DNA of 64,000 nucleotides from Protoeuglena noctilucae (lineage: Eukaryota). A program made the position numbers and the translations under genes. Positions 51,209 through 63,077 of this stretch are shown piece by piece. Location of the stretch: NCBI GenBank assembly GCA_958009085.1, contig OY253685.1:434001-498000 (forward strand), given 5' to 3'. Below the pieces are notes generated by a model that worked only from the letters and a program-made list of their open reading frames with translations, was not told the origin of the DNA and made no database searches. Position 1 is the stretch's first letter, and each line of letters begins with the position of its first letter.

Positions 51209-51479
51209 GGCACCGGACACAGGGTAAGACGGCAAGGCGGGGTCGCAGCGCGAGCTTTCTTGAGCGGTGCGACTTCGCACGTGAAGTGGGCCAGGCGGTC
51301 GATTATGCCAAATCCCGGTGGGCAAGCAGCTTGCAGGAAGCTCGCTCGTGTGTCACTGACGGGCTGCTTGACACATCGGCGAGCGTTCGATCGCTGCAAG
51401 CGCCAGCAACATGAGCAAACCAAACGTGCTCTGCAAAGAGCCGCTAACCATGCAGGAGAACGGCCCACTGTGGTGACAC

Positions 51480-54400
51480 TTATGTTGCCAAAGCATCGCG
51501 ACCCGCAGAGCCCAGCAGCCGGTCCACCGACAGCCCCCACACGACCGCCAACGTGCTTGGGGCGCCCTCCACGCACGCCCGCAGCTGCGCGCGAACAGAG
51601 ATCGAGGTTATAGGATTCCTGCATAATCCATCCACAACTCCCGACAGCCATCTCGCGCGCTCATTCGCTGGGGCGCGTGCTTCGTCACCTGTTGCGCCGT
51701 GTCGGCCACTCCCGCGGGTCCCAAAGCGGCCACCCACTGAAGAATCTGCATCCCCGTCGCCTGCAAAACTCCTGGACTTGCGCGGTACAGCGCGAGGCCC
51801 GCAGCAATGCGCGACACCTCCCCCAACAGCCCCGCCAGTGCCCGGGCGACCGCTGCTGCCTCCGCCCCCGCCACGCCACGGCCCGCGGCCTCCCCCGCCG
51901 CCCGCACCACCGCGGCGGCTCTCTGCAGCAGAACGCGCGTCGCCTCCGCCCACGGCCCCTCCGCGCACGACTCCTCCTCGCTCATCCCGGCCGCCAGCAC
52001 CGCGCCCCACCCCAGCGCCCTCAGCGGCACCTCGGCCTGACTCAGGCCGGCCAGGAGCGGGGACGCCGGGTGTAACGAACCTCGCAGCAAGGACTTGCCG
52101 TCCCACCCTCGCCCTCCGGCCAAGGGGACAAAGACCTTGGCCACCACCCGGTGCATCTCTGCCTCCGAAAGACTGCAGATGAGGACATGAGATTATCATC
52201 AGTTATATAGCTTTTGCATTCTTTCTAGATGCAGCGCAAGCATGCAGCGGCACTGTCATCTCATCCCACCTGGGCATCAGATGGCTGGCGGTCGTCACGA
52301 GGGCGGCCCTCACGACACGCCAGTCCACTCCGCTGGGCAGCGAAACGGCGCACTCGGCCCCGACTGCAGGGCCCCAGTCCAACGCTGCCTTAACGCACGA
52401 CGCCCACACCTCCCGCAGCGCCCGCACGGCAGCCTCAGAGCTTTCCTTTGACCTGTCTTGGGGCCCATGTGTGTCCCGATCTAAGGTAACGCCATCGAAG
52501 GGGCACAGCACACCCTCCGCCACCTCCGCAGCACGTTGCATCGACGTCAGCGATTGACCGCTAACACCATCCGTATCCACCTCCGCCTCTGCCACCGCTG
52601 CAGCTGCCACCTCGGCCACCTCCGCCACCTCATCCACCGCAGGTGCAGGCACCTCCAAGGAAGCCCTGTAATGCGCCAGGCACTGCCCCAACAGCGCCGC
52701 CGCGACTTCCGCGGACGCCTCGCCCTGGGGAGTGTCCAGAGGCGCGCCCGGGCGACCGGCAGCTGGGCTGCCCATGCGCATAGCGGTCAGTGTTGCCAGA
52801 GACAACGCGACATCCCCCACGGCCGCCAGCGGCCCGAAAACCCACGAGACTGGCCCGGCACCACCAGCACCACCTCCTGTGGCGGCGCTGGGGCCACCCG
52901 CACCCTTGCTGCCGTCTGCGGGGCTTCCCAGCAAGGCGGGGACCACAGCGCGGCAAATGGAGAGACAGGGCAGCAAGCCGTGCAACACGGCGGGTAGAGC
53001 ACGGCAGGGGTCGCGGGACGCCTGCTCGCATTCGTCTCGGAGCACTGGACCCAGTACTGCTGCCAACATGTCGTGGGGAGGCATGGGCGATGCGATGCTC
53101 GCACGCCGCCCGCCCTCGGCAACTGAAGTGGTCCCAAGCGTCAGCCCCCGCGCCAGGCGCACCACGGCCTGCTGTTCGGCCTGGCTGGCCTGGACGATCT
53201 GAGCGGGCGCCAGGGCGGCGCGCAGGTGCCTCGACACCGCCTCTCCGGCGGGCGTGTCGGACGCCAGAATGCCCGGCCACCGCCCCAGCCACGCCACCAC
53301 CCAGGCCGCCGACTCCGCGCTCTGGCACGCCAACGTTGCCATCTGTTGGCAGGTGGCTACTGGGTCTACGACCAGCCCCAGGCACAGCACCGTACGATCC
53401 TCTCTCTCCCTTAATTGTTGAGCGTCGTTTGCCCGCGTGAGCCCATGGGCGCTCACATCCGCACCCCAATGCGCGCTGTCCTGGTTTGCAAAGGGCGGAG
53501 CCTGCCTGAGAGGCCCAGGGGGAGGGGCAGGCTTCACAGGGCCAGGACTTGTGGGCGGGTGGGGCCTTGGTGTCGGTGTCAGAGCAGTGGCAGGCGCTTG
53601 CCGCCAGGACAAAGCGCCCGGGCCCGTTGCCGCGGTTGGCGCAGTCGCATTCCCGTTGCGCCAGGACGGGGCGTCCGCTCCCTTGGCGGGGACACCCGCA
53701 CTCTTGACCCAAACGTCTGCACCCTTGACAGGCGCACCGTCACCCTTGGCCCAGACATCTGCACCCTTGATGGGTGAATCTGCACCCTTGACCCACTGAT
53801 CTGCACCCTTGATGGGTGAATCTGCACCCTTGACAGGTGAACCTGCGCCCTTGTCCCACTTATCTGCACCCTTGGCTGTCCCATCCGCACCCTTGATCCA
53901 CGTATCTGCACCCTCGACAGGCTCACCCTTGACAGGTGAGCCTGCACCCTTCATCCACGCATCCGTACCCTTGACAGGTAAGTGTGCACCCTTGGTCCAG
54001 GCATCTCCACCGTTGTCCCACTTATCCGCACCCTTGGCTGGCACACCGGCACCCTTGGCTGGTGAACCTGCGCCCTTATCCCATTTATCTGCATCTGTGG
54101 CAGACGCACCATTCATCGGCGCATCGGCACCCCTGCCTGCCCCATCTCCACCCGTAACACCAGGCGCATCCACCTCCACGTCCGCCCTGCGCCACGACGC
54201 CGCATTTGCGCTCGTCGCAGCCACCCCAGCCCCGTTCTGCCGCCGCGCACTCGCATCCGCCCTCTCCGCACCGCCTCCCTTGCCCCGCCCAGGCTTTGCA
54301 CCAGCGGGCCCTGCCCTGCTGCCGCCCTTTCCCGGCCCCGTCGCCTGCGCACCCGCTGATGCAGCAGCAGCAGCAGCAGCAGCCCCCTTGCCTCCCGCAC

Positions 54401-57278
54401 TACTCCCCGCCCCACCCTTGCCTCCCTTGCTGGCCCCTGGCCCCGAGGGACCACTTCCAGCCCCACGCGCTGCTGCGTGTGTCTCGCCAACCCCAGCCTG
54501 GCCCTGCTTGACCCCCACCGACGCCCTGTTAAGCGCCAGACGCACGCCCTGCTCCAGCTTAGCGCGGAAGGCGGCCAGCTCCGGGGCCGGGCTCGGCTCG
54601 CGTGCCTGAAACAGCCAGAACACCGCGTCGCGGAGCTCGGGGCACGATCCCAGGGCATACCCCACCCTGTCCTGCGCTGCGGTGGGTGCGCCCGCGACCA
54701 GGCCGCACACGAGCGCGCCCGCCTCGCGCTGCACCTCCCAGCTGAGGCCTTGCGGCAGGAGCGGGCTCTGCAGGAACGAGGGGCGAAGGGTGCGTGGTGA
54801 CACGTGTGATCAAGCAGCTAGGTGTGACAAGTTCCTAGTAAGTAAGTGACACCAGCATGTACCGACATGCCCAAGTCTCAAGTTGCACACCAGCGCAATA
54901 ACTATCGCAACGCACCGCGCCCACGCACCCCGCATCCCGCCCCGCTCACCGTATGCGCCGCGTGCGCCACGATCGCCACGAATGCCGCCACCGCCGTCGG
55001 CTGCCACACGCCGTACCCCTCCGCTTGCGGCCCTTCCAGCCACAGCCTGGCTGCCATGGCCCGGGCTGGGCCCTGGGGACACCGCAGCGCCGCCATGGCC
55101 CGGCCCAGCATGCAAACTCCCGCGCGAGACGGTGACATACTGACACCGCTTTCTGACTTTATGTCCCTGGCATCGGACGCGGCCTTGCCGGCTCCCGCGT
55201 CCCCCGCCGCGACCCCGGACTGCAGCAGAGTCATGGCGTAGTGGCTTGCACGGTCAATGTCGCAGGGCAGCTGCAGAGGGGCCGAGGGTGCCGCCGGGTG
55301 CAACTCATCGCCTGCCGCCGCCGGGGATCCCCACACGCCCGCAGCCCCGGGGGTGGCGTCGGTGTCGGCGGTGAGAGCGGTGAGTCTCTCGGTGAGCAAT
55401 GCGACCTGTGCCCGTGCGGCTGAAGACTCTCGGAAGAGCTCCTGGCCCCTGGGCTTGGCCTCGGGAGTCCCATTCAGCATCGCCTGCGGAGAAAAGCAGG
55501 GTACGCATGCTGTGGTATGCTGTGTTGCAGGATTGAAGACGTCCGGACACCAAGCACGGTCACTGCGCAGCTTTGCAACCACCGCTCGTCTTGATGCATT
55601 TCCCACGCACCTGCATGCCCTCCAGTTGCAGGTCGGCGAGGGCATCGCGCAAGGTGGCAAGGGGAGACTCCATCGCGCGCCCCAGCTCTGTCCAAGTCTC
55701 GCGATGCCCCCCATCGCTGCCCCATCGCCCCGCTTGCACCACTCGTCGCCTCGCTTCCTGGGCCAATGCCCTGATGGCACGCAGGGTCGCGCGGAGGGGC
55801 GAGGGGAGCTGGGGTGAGGGAAGCGGGGGCGAGGGAAGCGGGGCGACGTCCGTGGACGCTTGCGAGCCCTCGGCTGGATTGGGTGCCAATGCAGCGACGG
55901 GCCAGGCTTTGGCGACGATGGCAAGCGCGTCTGCCGCACTGCGGGCGTTGGGGTGAGACGCGAGTCAGATGGCTGGTGGTCGATGCCATTGGCAGCGAGG
56001 TGTCCACGTCATGAGCACAGCATGATTGACCAAACCTACCCCTCATCCCTCACCGGAGGATCGTCACAGCCAGGCACTCGTCGCTGCAGGCCCACGCCAC
56101 GGGATCCGCTCCTCCGTTCGCCAGCCCCATCTCCGCCTCCAGTGCCGCAGCCGCCCTCTCCGCGTGCCCCATCGCTACGGTTGCATCCAGGGCCACCCCC
56201 GGGTCCCCAGCCTCCGCCATCACCGCGCAGCATACCTCGGCCACCACGCATCGGCACGACCCACCCAGCATCTCCCCCAGCGCACCAGCAGCCCCACCGC
56301 TCTCATTGCTCTGCTCCCCATCTCGGCTCTCAGCACCCGCACCAGGTGTGCTGTCCGCAGCCCCTGCCGCTTCGCTCGCAGGTGCGACGCTTTCCTCCAC
56401 CCCAAGCGCCCCTTTGTCCGCACTCCCACCCACACCCGCACCCGCACCCGCACCCGCACCCGCACCCGCACCTCCCTCCCCCTTGCCGCCCGTCTGCGCG
56501 CCCTCCCCAGTCCAGTGGCCGGGCAGAGCAAAGACATCGTCCGTCAGTATCGCCTGCGCCAAGTCCCGCTCCCACCCCAGAGCACAGACCGTCAGCAGGG
56601 CAGCGGGCGGGCTGCTGAGGGGGCCCTCGGGAGACCCCGCCAGGGCCCTGCGGCGGCCCGTGAGGCCCTTTACGGGGTCTGACGGGAATCGAACCGCGTC
56701 AATGAGGGTCGAGAGGGCCAGGTGGCGGTGCAGGGGGGACCGGTCCTGCGGGAGAAGGGGGGGTGACCGCACGTTGCAAAGCACGTTGCGAGGCAAGGAG
56801 TCGACACGTATTGCCATCTATTGCCACCAGCCATTGCATGCCTGCAGTCACTCCATGCAACGCCACTACAGCACACGTCATATGACATGACCCCGCTCAC
56901 CAGGGCATGCATCTCGTGGACGGAAGAGAAGAGCACGGATGCCGGCCCGGTGCCCTCCCACCCCAGCACGTCCTCGGTCCCAGGCCCCGCCAATCGCACG
57001 CACTCCTCCAATCCCAGCAAACACACGTCCCGCGCGCGTGCTACCCCCTCCACCCCTCCCTCGTCACAACCTCTGCTGCCACTGCCTGGCACAGGCATCG
57101 CCCCCCTCGCCTCAAATGCCTCGGCGTGCATCGTGGTGCCCAAAGAGGTGCACACGGGCAGCATAGCACGTTCCACGCGCCACGCGCACGTCACGTCCCA
57201 TGCAGGCGCCACGCAATCGGCGGGGCGGTCGGGGGGGGCAGGGCCGCGCGTGGCGGCGAGGGTGGGGGTCCTCGACAT
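51480..57278 (-). CDS. Large hypothetical helical protein with an internal KGAD heptad repeat array
   Basis: ORFs 56670-57278, 56050-56817, 54902-55939, 52203-54803 and 51608-52156 contribute Leu/Ala-rich exons. It could be more than one gene; no family confidently recognised. Confidence 0.55.
53660..54135 (-). repeat. Coding 21-nt minisatellite (about 20 units of KGAD/KGAG-x-[W/P]-x)
   Basis: GCACCCTTGA recurs at 21-nt spacing, with a 36-nt exact repeat at about 53757 and 53799 (42-nt period). Confidence 0.9.
56427..56471. repeat. (CACCCG)n hexanucleotide microsatellite encoding a Gly-Ala run on the minus strand
   Basis: About 6 tandem CACCCG copies visible directly. Confidence 0.85.
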
Positions 57279-57925
57279 CGCTCAATGTCGGTGACTGTCT
57301 TATATACTGTGATCTGATGTATTGTGATGTCCTCCGATCTTTCCGAGGAACACCGGGTGCGGTGCGCCTGTCGCCGTCCCTGGTGCTGCCACGTCCCTTA
57401 CTGGCCCTTACTGCCCCTTGCGCTCGGTGTTGGGAGCACCTCGCTGCGCCACCCTCGCCCGGCCCCGGAGCCAGCGCTGGACGCGGACGGGGACCACGTA
57501 GACGACGAACGTGATGAGGAGGGCCCAAAGAACGAAGTCGAGGGGGCCAACCCGCAGCACGATGCTGTGGGCGACAGGGTCAGGAACACCCTGGGAGCCA
57601 GTGCTGGCAATTTCCGCAGCTGAGTCAGGAAGGCTCGAATCAGGGGCCGCGCTCGGAGTGCGGGCGGGCGCTGCGGGGGCCGAGAGATGGCTGGGTTGAG
57701 GGGAATGGAGCAGGGGCAGGGACGAGGGCAGCGGGTGAGGGATAGAGGGGTGCGCGCGTGCATGGCGTGGGCAGGGCTGCTATCTAGATGCAAAAAGCAA
57801 GCCGATGACTACACAGCAATGACCCGCAGGGGCCGCACCTGCTGGCGTATGGCCTGCCGACATCCGGGCGGAGGCGCAGCTGGCGAGATGAGGCGCCGCT
57901 TTGCAGAATAGCGAAGTCCCCGCGC

Positions 57926-58574
57926 TCAGAGTTCAATGCCTCGTGTCTTGGCGTTGCGTTCGTTGATCCTGCGCCACGCCACCTCCTGCTCGCGAGGGGA
58001 GAGGTCGGCCCAGCCCTTGATGCGCGAGAGCGTGCCGTCCTCGTTCACGATTACCGGACTGCGGGAGCGAGACGAGAAGCGTGATATAATGTCGTAATTA
58101 TATGAGATCGTGATGAGGGCGGCGGGTGCTCGCGGACTAGGAAATCCGGGCGCCTCGCCCTTGGCCGCAATTGAGCCCAGGCCACTCTCGATGGGGGGCC
58201 TGGATCGCAGATCGCGTCGCGGGTATACAGTCTTCTCACCCGAGATCGTCCAGCACGATGCGACTGCCCTCTGTGCCGAGGTCGAGGACTCTTCCGCGCC
58301 CTGTCCCGGGTGGCAGGGCCACTGGCCCCTCGTTCTGCGCCGGAGGGGAGACGTCAGGACGCGACTTGCCAATCGCGAGGTGGGTAGTGTTCATGTAATG
58401 GAACGCGGGCCAATACAGAGGCATCGGACGATCATGCGACGGGGGAACAGCGCGGCTGCCACACACCTCGTCCACCGCGGCACGCACGGGGAGATGGAGG
58501 GCGGAAATGGCAAGCAAAACTGCCAGGAGCGTAACAAGGATGCGTCTCGGAATCGCAGTGCGGCCAACGGGCAT
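57926..58574 (-). CDS. Small conserved uncharacterised protein with an N-terminal signal peptide; may extend to 57408 across a frameshift
   Basis: Signal-like ILVTLLAVLLAISALHLPVRA, then spliced LDDLG|PVIVNEDGTLSRIKGWADLSPREQEVAWRRINERN. This resembles a widespread eukaryotic unknown-function motif (LGP.VVN.DGTLSRI.NW) as I recall it. Confidence 0.75.
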
Positions 58575-58901
58575 TTTACGATGCCCGCTAGCTGTCCACG
58601 AGCCTTGAGCTCGTAGGTGCGCAAGCTGTCCCCTCTGATGGGGCTGCGATGTGCCGAACGAGGGGAGCACTTTCGTGTCTGTCGTGTTCCGCATCATCTG
58701 GGCCGCTTAGCTAGGCCAAACCATCGCCAGCGAGGCTGGCACGAGGGCAAGCCTGGCGCTGCACGGTTGAAGTCACCTGCGGGGATCCGCCGCTGCTACA
58801 GTCAGACGAGTCATTGACGGGGTGTCGCTCTCGGAAGACACGACCCTGCCTCATATCCAGCATTGCCTCCCTCGCCCTGGGAACCAGGCCTAGCCGCCGC
58901 A

Positions 58902-60563
58902 ATGGACAACTTAGACGAGAAAGAGCTGGCGCGGGCCATTTTTGGCGACGAGTCGGACGAGGAGGAGGAGAGGAAGGAGGTGGAGGAGGCCCAGGAGGAG
59001 CAGGGGGAGCCCAAGATCGATGAGCGAACGTTGGACCTGCAAGACGACTTGGAGGAGCCCCGCGATGCAGGTAGGACGCTTGCAACGAGGTTTTTATGGC
59101 TTGAAGCGAGGCCACGCGACGTCCTGGCCATTGCAGAGGGGCGCCAGGCGCGGAATCGATGGGCGCCGCGCTCGGCTCCATGAAACCCGGCCTCGGCCCC
59201 CGCGCTCTGTCCCTGTCGAGTTCCATGGCCTGTGCGTGAAGTCTGGTTCCTTTTCTTGCAGGGGAAGCGGGGACCTCGGAACCCGCGGACGAGCCGCGCA
59301 AGAAGCAGTTCAACCTTCGCATCAAGGCTCCGTTCGTGGACGGCGTCGCCGAGCGCGACCTCTTCGTGACGATGCCGACAGCCCAGTTCGACGTCTTCTG
59401 CCAGCCTTTCGACGGGACGATCGACATGAGCGACATGGAGTACGTCGACCGCAGCGGCCGCAAGCGCGTGCGTCTGAGCCACTACAGCGGCGTGCGATGG
59501 CGATTCGAGCAGGACGAAGACGGAAATCTTGCGCTCAGTGAGAAAGCGACTCGTGCAGAGCGTTGCGCGGCCCCTGCGGGCAGCAGACACGGTCGTGCGA
59601 CGCACGCCCTTGCGCTCTGGCCTGCAGAGAGCAACGCGCGGCTGGTGACGTGGAGCGACGGTTCGCAGCACCTGGTGGTCGGCGACACGTATTTTGAGGT
59701 GCAGCGGTACGACATGGGCGCGGACGCGGGTTTCCTGTACGCCAACGTCGGCCGGGGCGTCAGCCAGTGCCTGGGGCAGATGCGGCAGCAGATCAAGCTC
59801 ACGCTGCCGCCGGACGCGCGCGTGAGCCGGCTCTTGCTCAGCCGCGTGACCCAGGCGCGCGTCAAGGAGCGGGCCGAGGTCACGGGAGCCACGGCACGTG
59901 TTGCGGTGGAGGCCCGGGAGCGTGCGAGTGAGCGAGCGCAGTGTCGCGCACGCTGCGGCAACAAGACCGGCGCATTGTTAGCAGTGTCTCTGTATGGTTC
60001 GACTCTACACTCGCCTGCAGAGATCGAGCGCGAGCAAGCTGCGATGGCCGAGCGCCGCCGGCGCCAGGAGATCCTTCGTGCCCAACGGGAGCGCGGTGCG
60101 GCGGCGGCGGCCAGGCCGCGCCGGGAGCAGGAGCGTTTCGGTCTCACGGCGGAGTTTCTGGAGGAAGGGGAGGACGACGAGGACCGTGACTTTGTGGTGG
60201 GCGAAGACGAGGCGATGGAGGACCTTCGCCGCGTGGACAGGTGCGCTGCGATGACGCTGTGATAATGTGTATTGGATGTAGTCTTGGTGGGCCTGTCGGG
60301 CTTGTGAGGATTTGCATGGAAGCTCGTCGCGCTGTCTGCTATACCTTCGGGCCTTTGTCCGATACCTTGCTTTCATTCGATGCTTTGCTTGGGGTCGGTA
60401 TCTTGCCGTGACGCGATGCTTGACCCCGGTGTCTTGCAGGGACGACGAGCGGGAGCGTGCGCTCGAGAGCATTCGGTCCGCCAAGCGTGGCAGGGAGGTG
60501 GCAGCGGAGCCGGAGCAGAAGCGGCACAGGGGGCGGTACGTCATGTCAGACGACGAGGACTGA
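58902..60563 (+). CDS. LEO1: PAF1 complex subunit LEO1 (VIP4-like)
   Basis: Acidic N-terminus IFGDESDEEEE, core VRWRF...SNARLVTWSDGSQHLVVGD, and a C-terminal LTAEFLEE...SDDED*. Confidence 0.9.
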
Positions 60564-60699
60564 CGAGGCGAAGGGGCATGCTCTGACAGCGGCAGGGCAG
60601 CGAGGTCGCGTGTCTGCAACTGGGGCGCAGCGCTGTCGCCGGCTGCTGCCACGGCCTCCGTTGCAATGTCGAAGTGCTTCAAATGTCTACACGCAAGTA

Positions 60700-61398
60700 T
60701 CAGTTGTCCCTGTCCGACTGCTGCTCGCGCAGCCACCCTAGGCCCCCGCTGACGAGCGCCCCAGCCATGAGGATGCCGATGGCCGGCTGGAAGACGAAGG
60801 GCCACAGTTTGAGCCATCCCTCGACGAGCGTGTCGTCCTTCGTGGCCACGCTCACCCCCAGGCACACGGCAAGGCCCGCCAGCCCAGCCTGCACGCAGCA
60901 ACACCAGCAAATGTCGCTCGTTGGCCAAGGTTTGCCGCATGCCGATCCCCGCGATTGAGAGGGACTCACCAGGATGAAGAAGAAGTCCGCAATGAGGAAC
61001 TTCTCCACCAAGTCTTTCAGGCCTCCCTCCTGGTCACCCTTTGCCGCGCTCGCATCCTTCGTCGCTTGGAAGCGGTTCCGCGATGCCTCCTGGGCGCGTC
61101 TCAGCCGCTCCATGTCCGCTTTGATGGTGTCTTCTATGCTGCTCTGCCCCGTCTCCTCCGTGGCGCGGCGGATAAAGCACGTGCGCCCCACGTGCGGCGA
61201 ATGGATTACGCCCCGGCTCCGGAAGTCCTGCGACGATGGACAGAAGATGCAACGGATTGCTCCATGTTCTTCTCATTATCAGCGATGTGCTACAAGTGTA
61301 AAACTCGAAATCTCGCGGGCCATTCACGCGCAGGGGAGCTTCGCACGCACCACGAAGCGCCCGGGCCGCGCCAGCCGTGGCCCGCAAGCCAGCGCCAT
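60700..61398 (-). CDS. Small conserved plant/algal membrane protein, probably plastid-targeted
   Basis: Transit-like start, then LVEKFLIADFFFIL|AGLAGLAV...WLKLWPFVFQPAIGILMAGALVSG; two GT-AG introns. Confidence 0.75.
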
Positions 61399-61750
61399 TG
61401 GAAGGTCAGCGAGATGGCTTAGCAAAGCTGGGGCGATGTGGTATCGAGCTCGAATTGGCGAGCAGAAGAAATCCTGAGTGTTCCCTGCGTGTGGTATCGC
61501 AACGCCTTCACCAGTCCATCCAATCTGCACACTGACATGCGCGGCTGGGGGCATTGTCAAAAGCGGACAGCGTAACAAGCCCAGCTGGCACGCTGGCGCA
61601 CCGACTGCAGCACAAGCACAGCAGCACCACAGCACCCGCAAGCCTGATCCTGCTTTTGTTATCCTCCTCGCCAAAGTCCGCGTCACACTACTGCTCGCCA
61701 CCAGCTGTTGGCAAGACAACGCTCCATTGTCTCTGTGCCATGCATGCTGC

Positions 61751-62738
61751 AGAGCTGGCTCTCGCCGGGAGCGCCCGGATAGACGGCGACGTGGTCATAG
61801 CTTGCTGCGGACTCGCGGGATCTGGCGTCCGGGCGGCGCTGGCGGTGGAGGCGGGGCAAGGAGCGTGGGTCCCGGCCGAGTCGCCCGAATTGCTGGGTCG
61901 ATTGGATCCCGTGTTCCGTGCGCGTGACGGGTCTTTGCCTGGCGTTGCGGTGCACGCGCCGGAGGCAGGAGGGGTCGCCGTGGTGGCGCTCAACGTCGCC
62001 CCGAAGCCAGGGCAGGAGGGGATGCTGGCTGTGCGCGTGATGCGCATGCTAGAGTCCCAGGTTAGCTGGCGCAATGTGACGTTGACCTATCGCTGTCATG
62101 CCAGAAGCCCGCGGGGCTTCAGAGAAGCTGCAGCTGCATCATAGCGTCTGCGCCTCGCTCGCAGGGCTTCGGCAGTGGTCGAATGGTGGTGCTGTCGGAC
62201 ATGAGGCTCCCTTCGGAGCAACCGCTAGTCGCCCGCTTCGGGAAGGTCGAGGATTGCACCCCGCAGGCCAGCCCGTCCACGACTGTGACGGACGCGATGG
62301 CCGCAGGTGGGCGCTGCGCCTGCTGCGCGTCAAACTGGGTTCAAAAGATCAGCGTTCCTGCTAATGACTGTCTCGTTCCTACCACGCAGCGATGCTCCAC
62401 GTCTTCTCGGCGCGGGGTCACCGGGGAGCGCTCGTGGGTCTGCCGGCGTACCGCCCTCCTCTGGACGTGAGCATCGGCAAGCTGGGACTGTCCGACGGCG
62501 ACGCCATGAGCGCGTGGAAGGAGGCGGAGCGGGTTTTGAGGAGCAAGCTGCCCACCGTGGACAGGTGAGTGCGAGGCTGCAACATGCGGCATCATGAGTG
62601 CGTGCCCGCGACTGCTGTGCAAGGCCTTCGATGCCGCCTGCCCGCAGGCAGCTCCTAACTACCATCCTGCCCTGCCACAAGTGGTTTGCGAGCGCGGGGG
62701 ATCAGGCGGGTGTCCGGGACGTGCCTTTCTACCTGTGA
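61751..62738 (+). CDS. Putative proteasome assembly chaperone (PAC1/PAC2-like) ending in HbYX; 5' end unresolved
   Basis: Four phase-compatible exons: ...MVVLSDM...SPSTTVTDAMAAAMLHVFSARGHRGALVGLP...VRDVPFYL*. Confidence 0.45.
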
Positions 62739-63077
62739 TGCCCCCGCCGATCGACGTTGTGATGGACGTGTCGACAGATGTTGGTGCGTTTCGCTCCCTC
62801 CCTTGTCATTGAAGGACTCTCCACGTGTCATGTGCTGCAGCACGACGGAACAGAGACCCTACCGTCGCCAGCCTCGCCGTCAAGCAATTCTTGAGGCTTC
62901 CGATACGTGCAGATGTTTCACTTATGCATTATCTATGTCTGCTACCGTCTCTTGTGCCGCGTTATTCCCCCGTGTCCCTCGGGGTTTCGAAACGCCACGC
63001 GCGCTCGCCCTCGTTCCCGGAGCCGCACCGTGCCTCGCCGACCCGCGTGTGGCTTCTGTTCGCGTATTCCCGCCTTC

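Noticed and set aside
53200..53410. Faint resemblance of the large unknown protein to Gemin4/Edg1-like helical proteins
   Set aside because: Based on one short segment recalled from memory; it cannot be supported without a profile search.
53660..54135. Regularly spaced repeat resembling a CRISPR array
   Set aside because: It has a 21-nt in-frame coding period without unique spacers, there are no cas genes, and the context is eukaryotic.
57279..57407. Tight same-strand gap as another bicistronic junction
   Set aside because: The gap has an AT-richer stretch with TATATAAG (minus strand, about 57299-57306), consistent with its own promoter, and the upstream gene has a strong start context.
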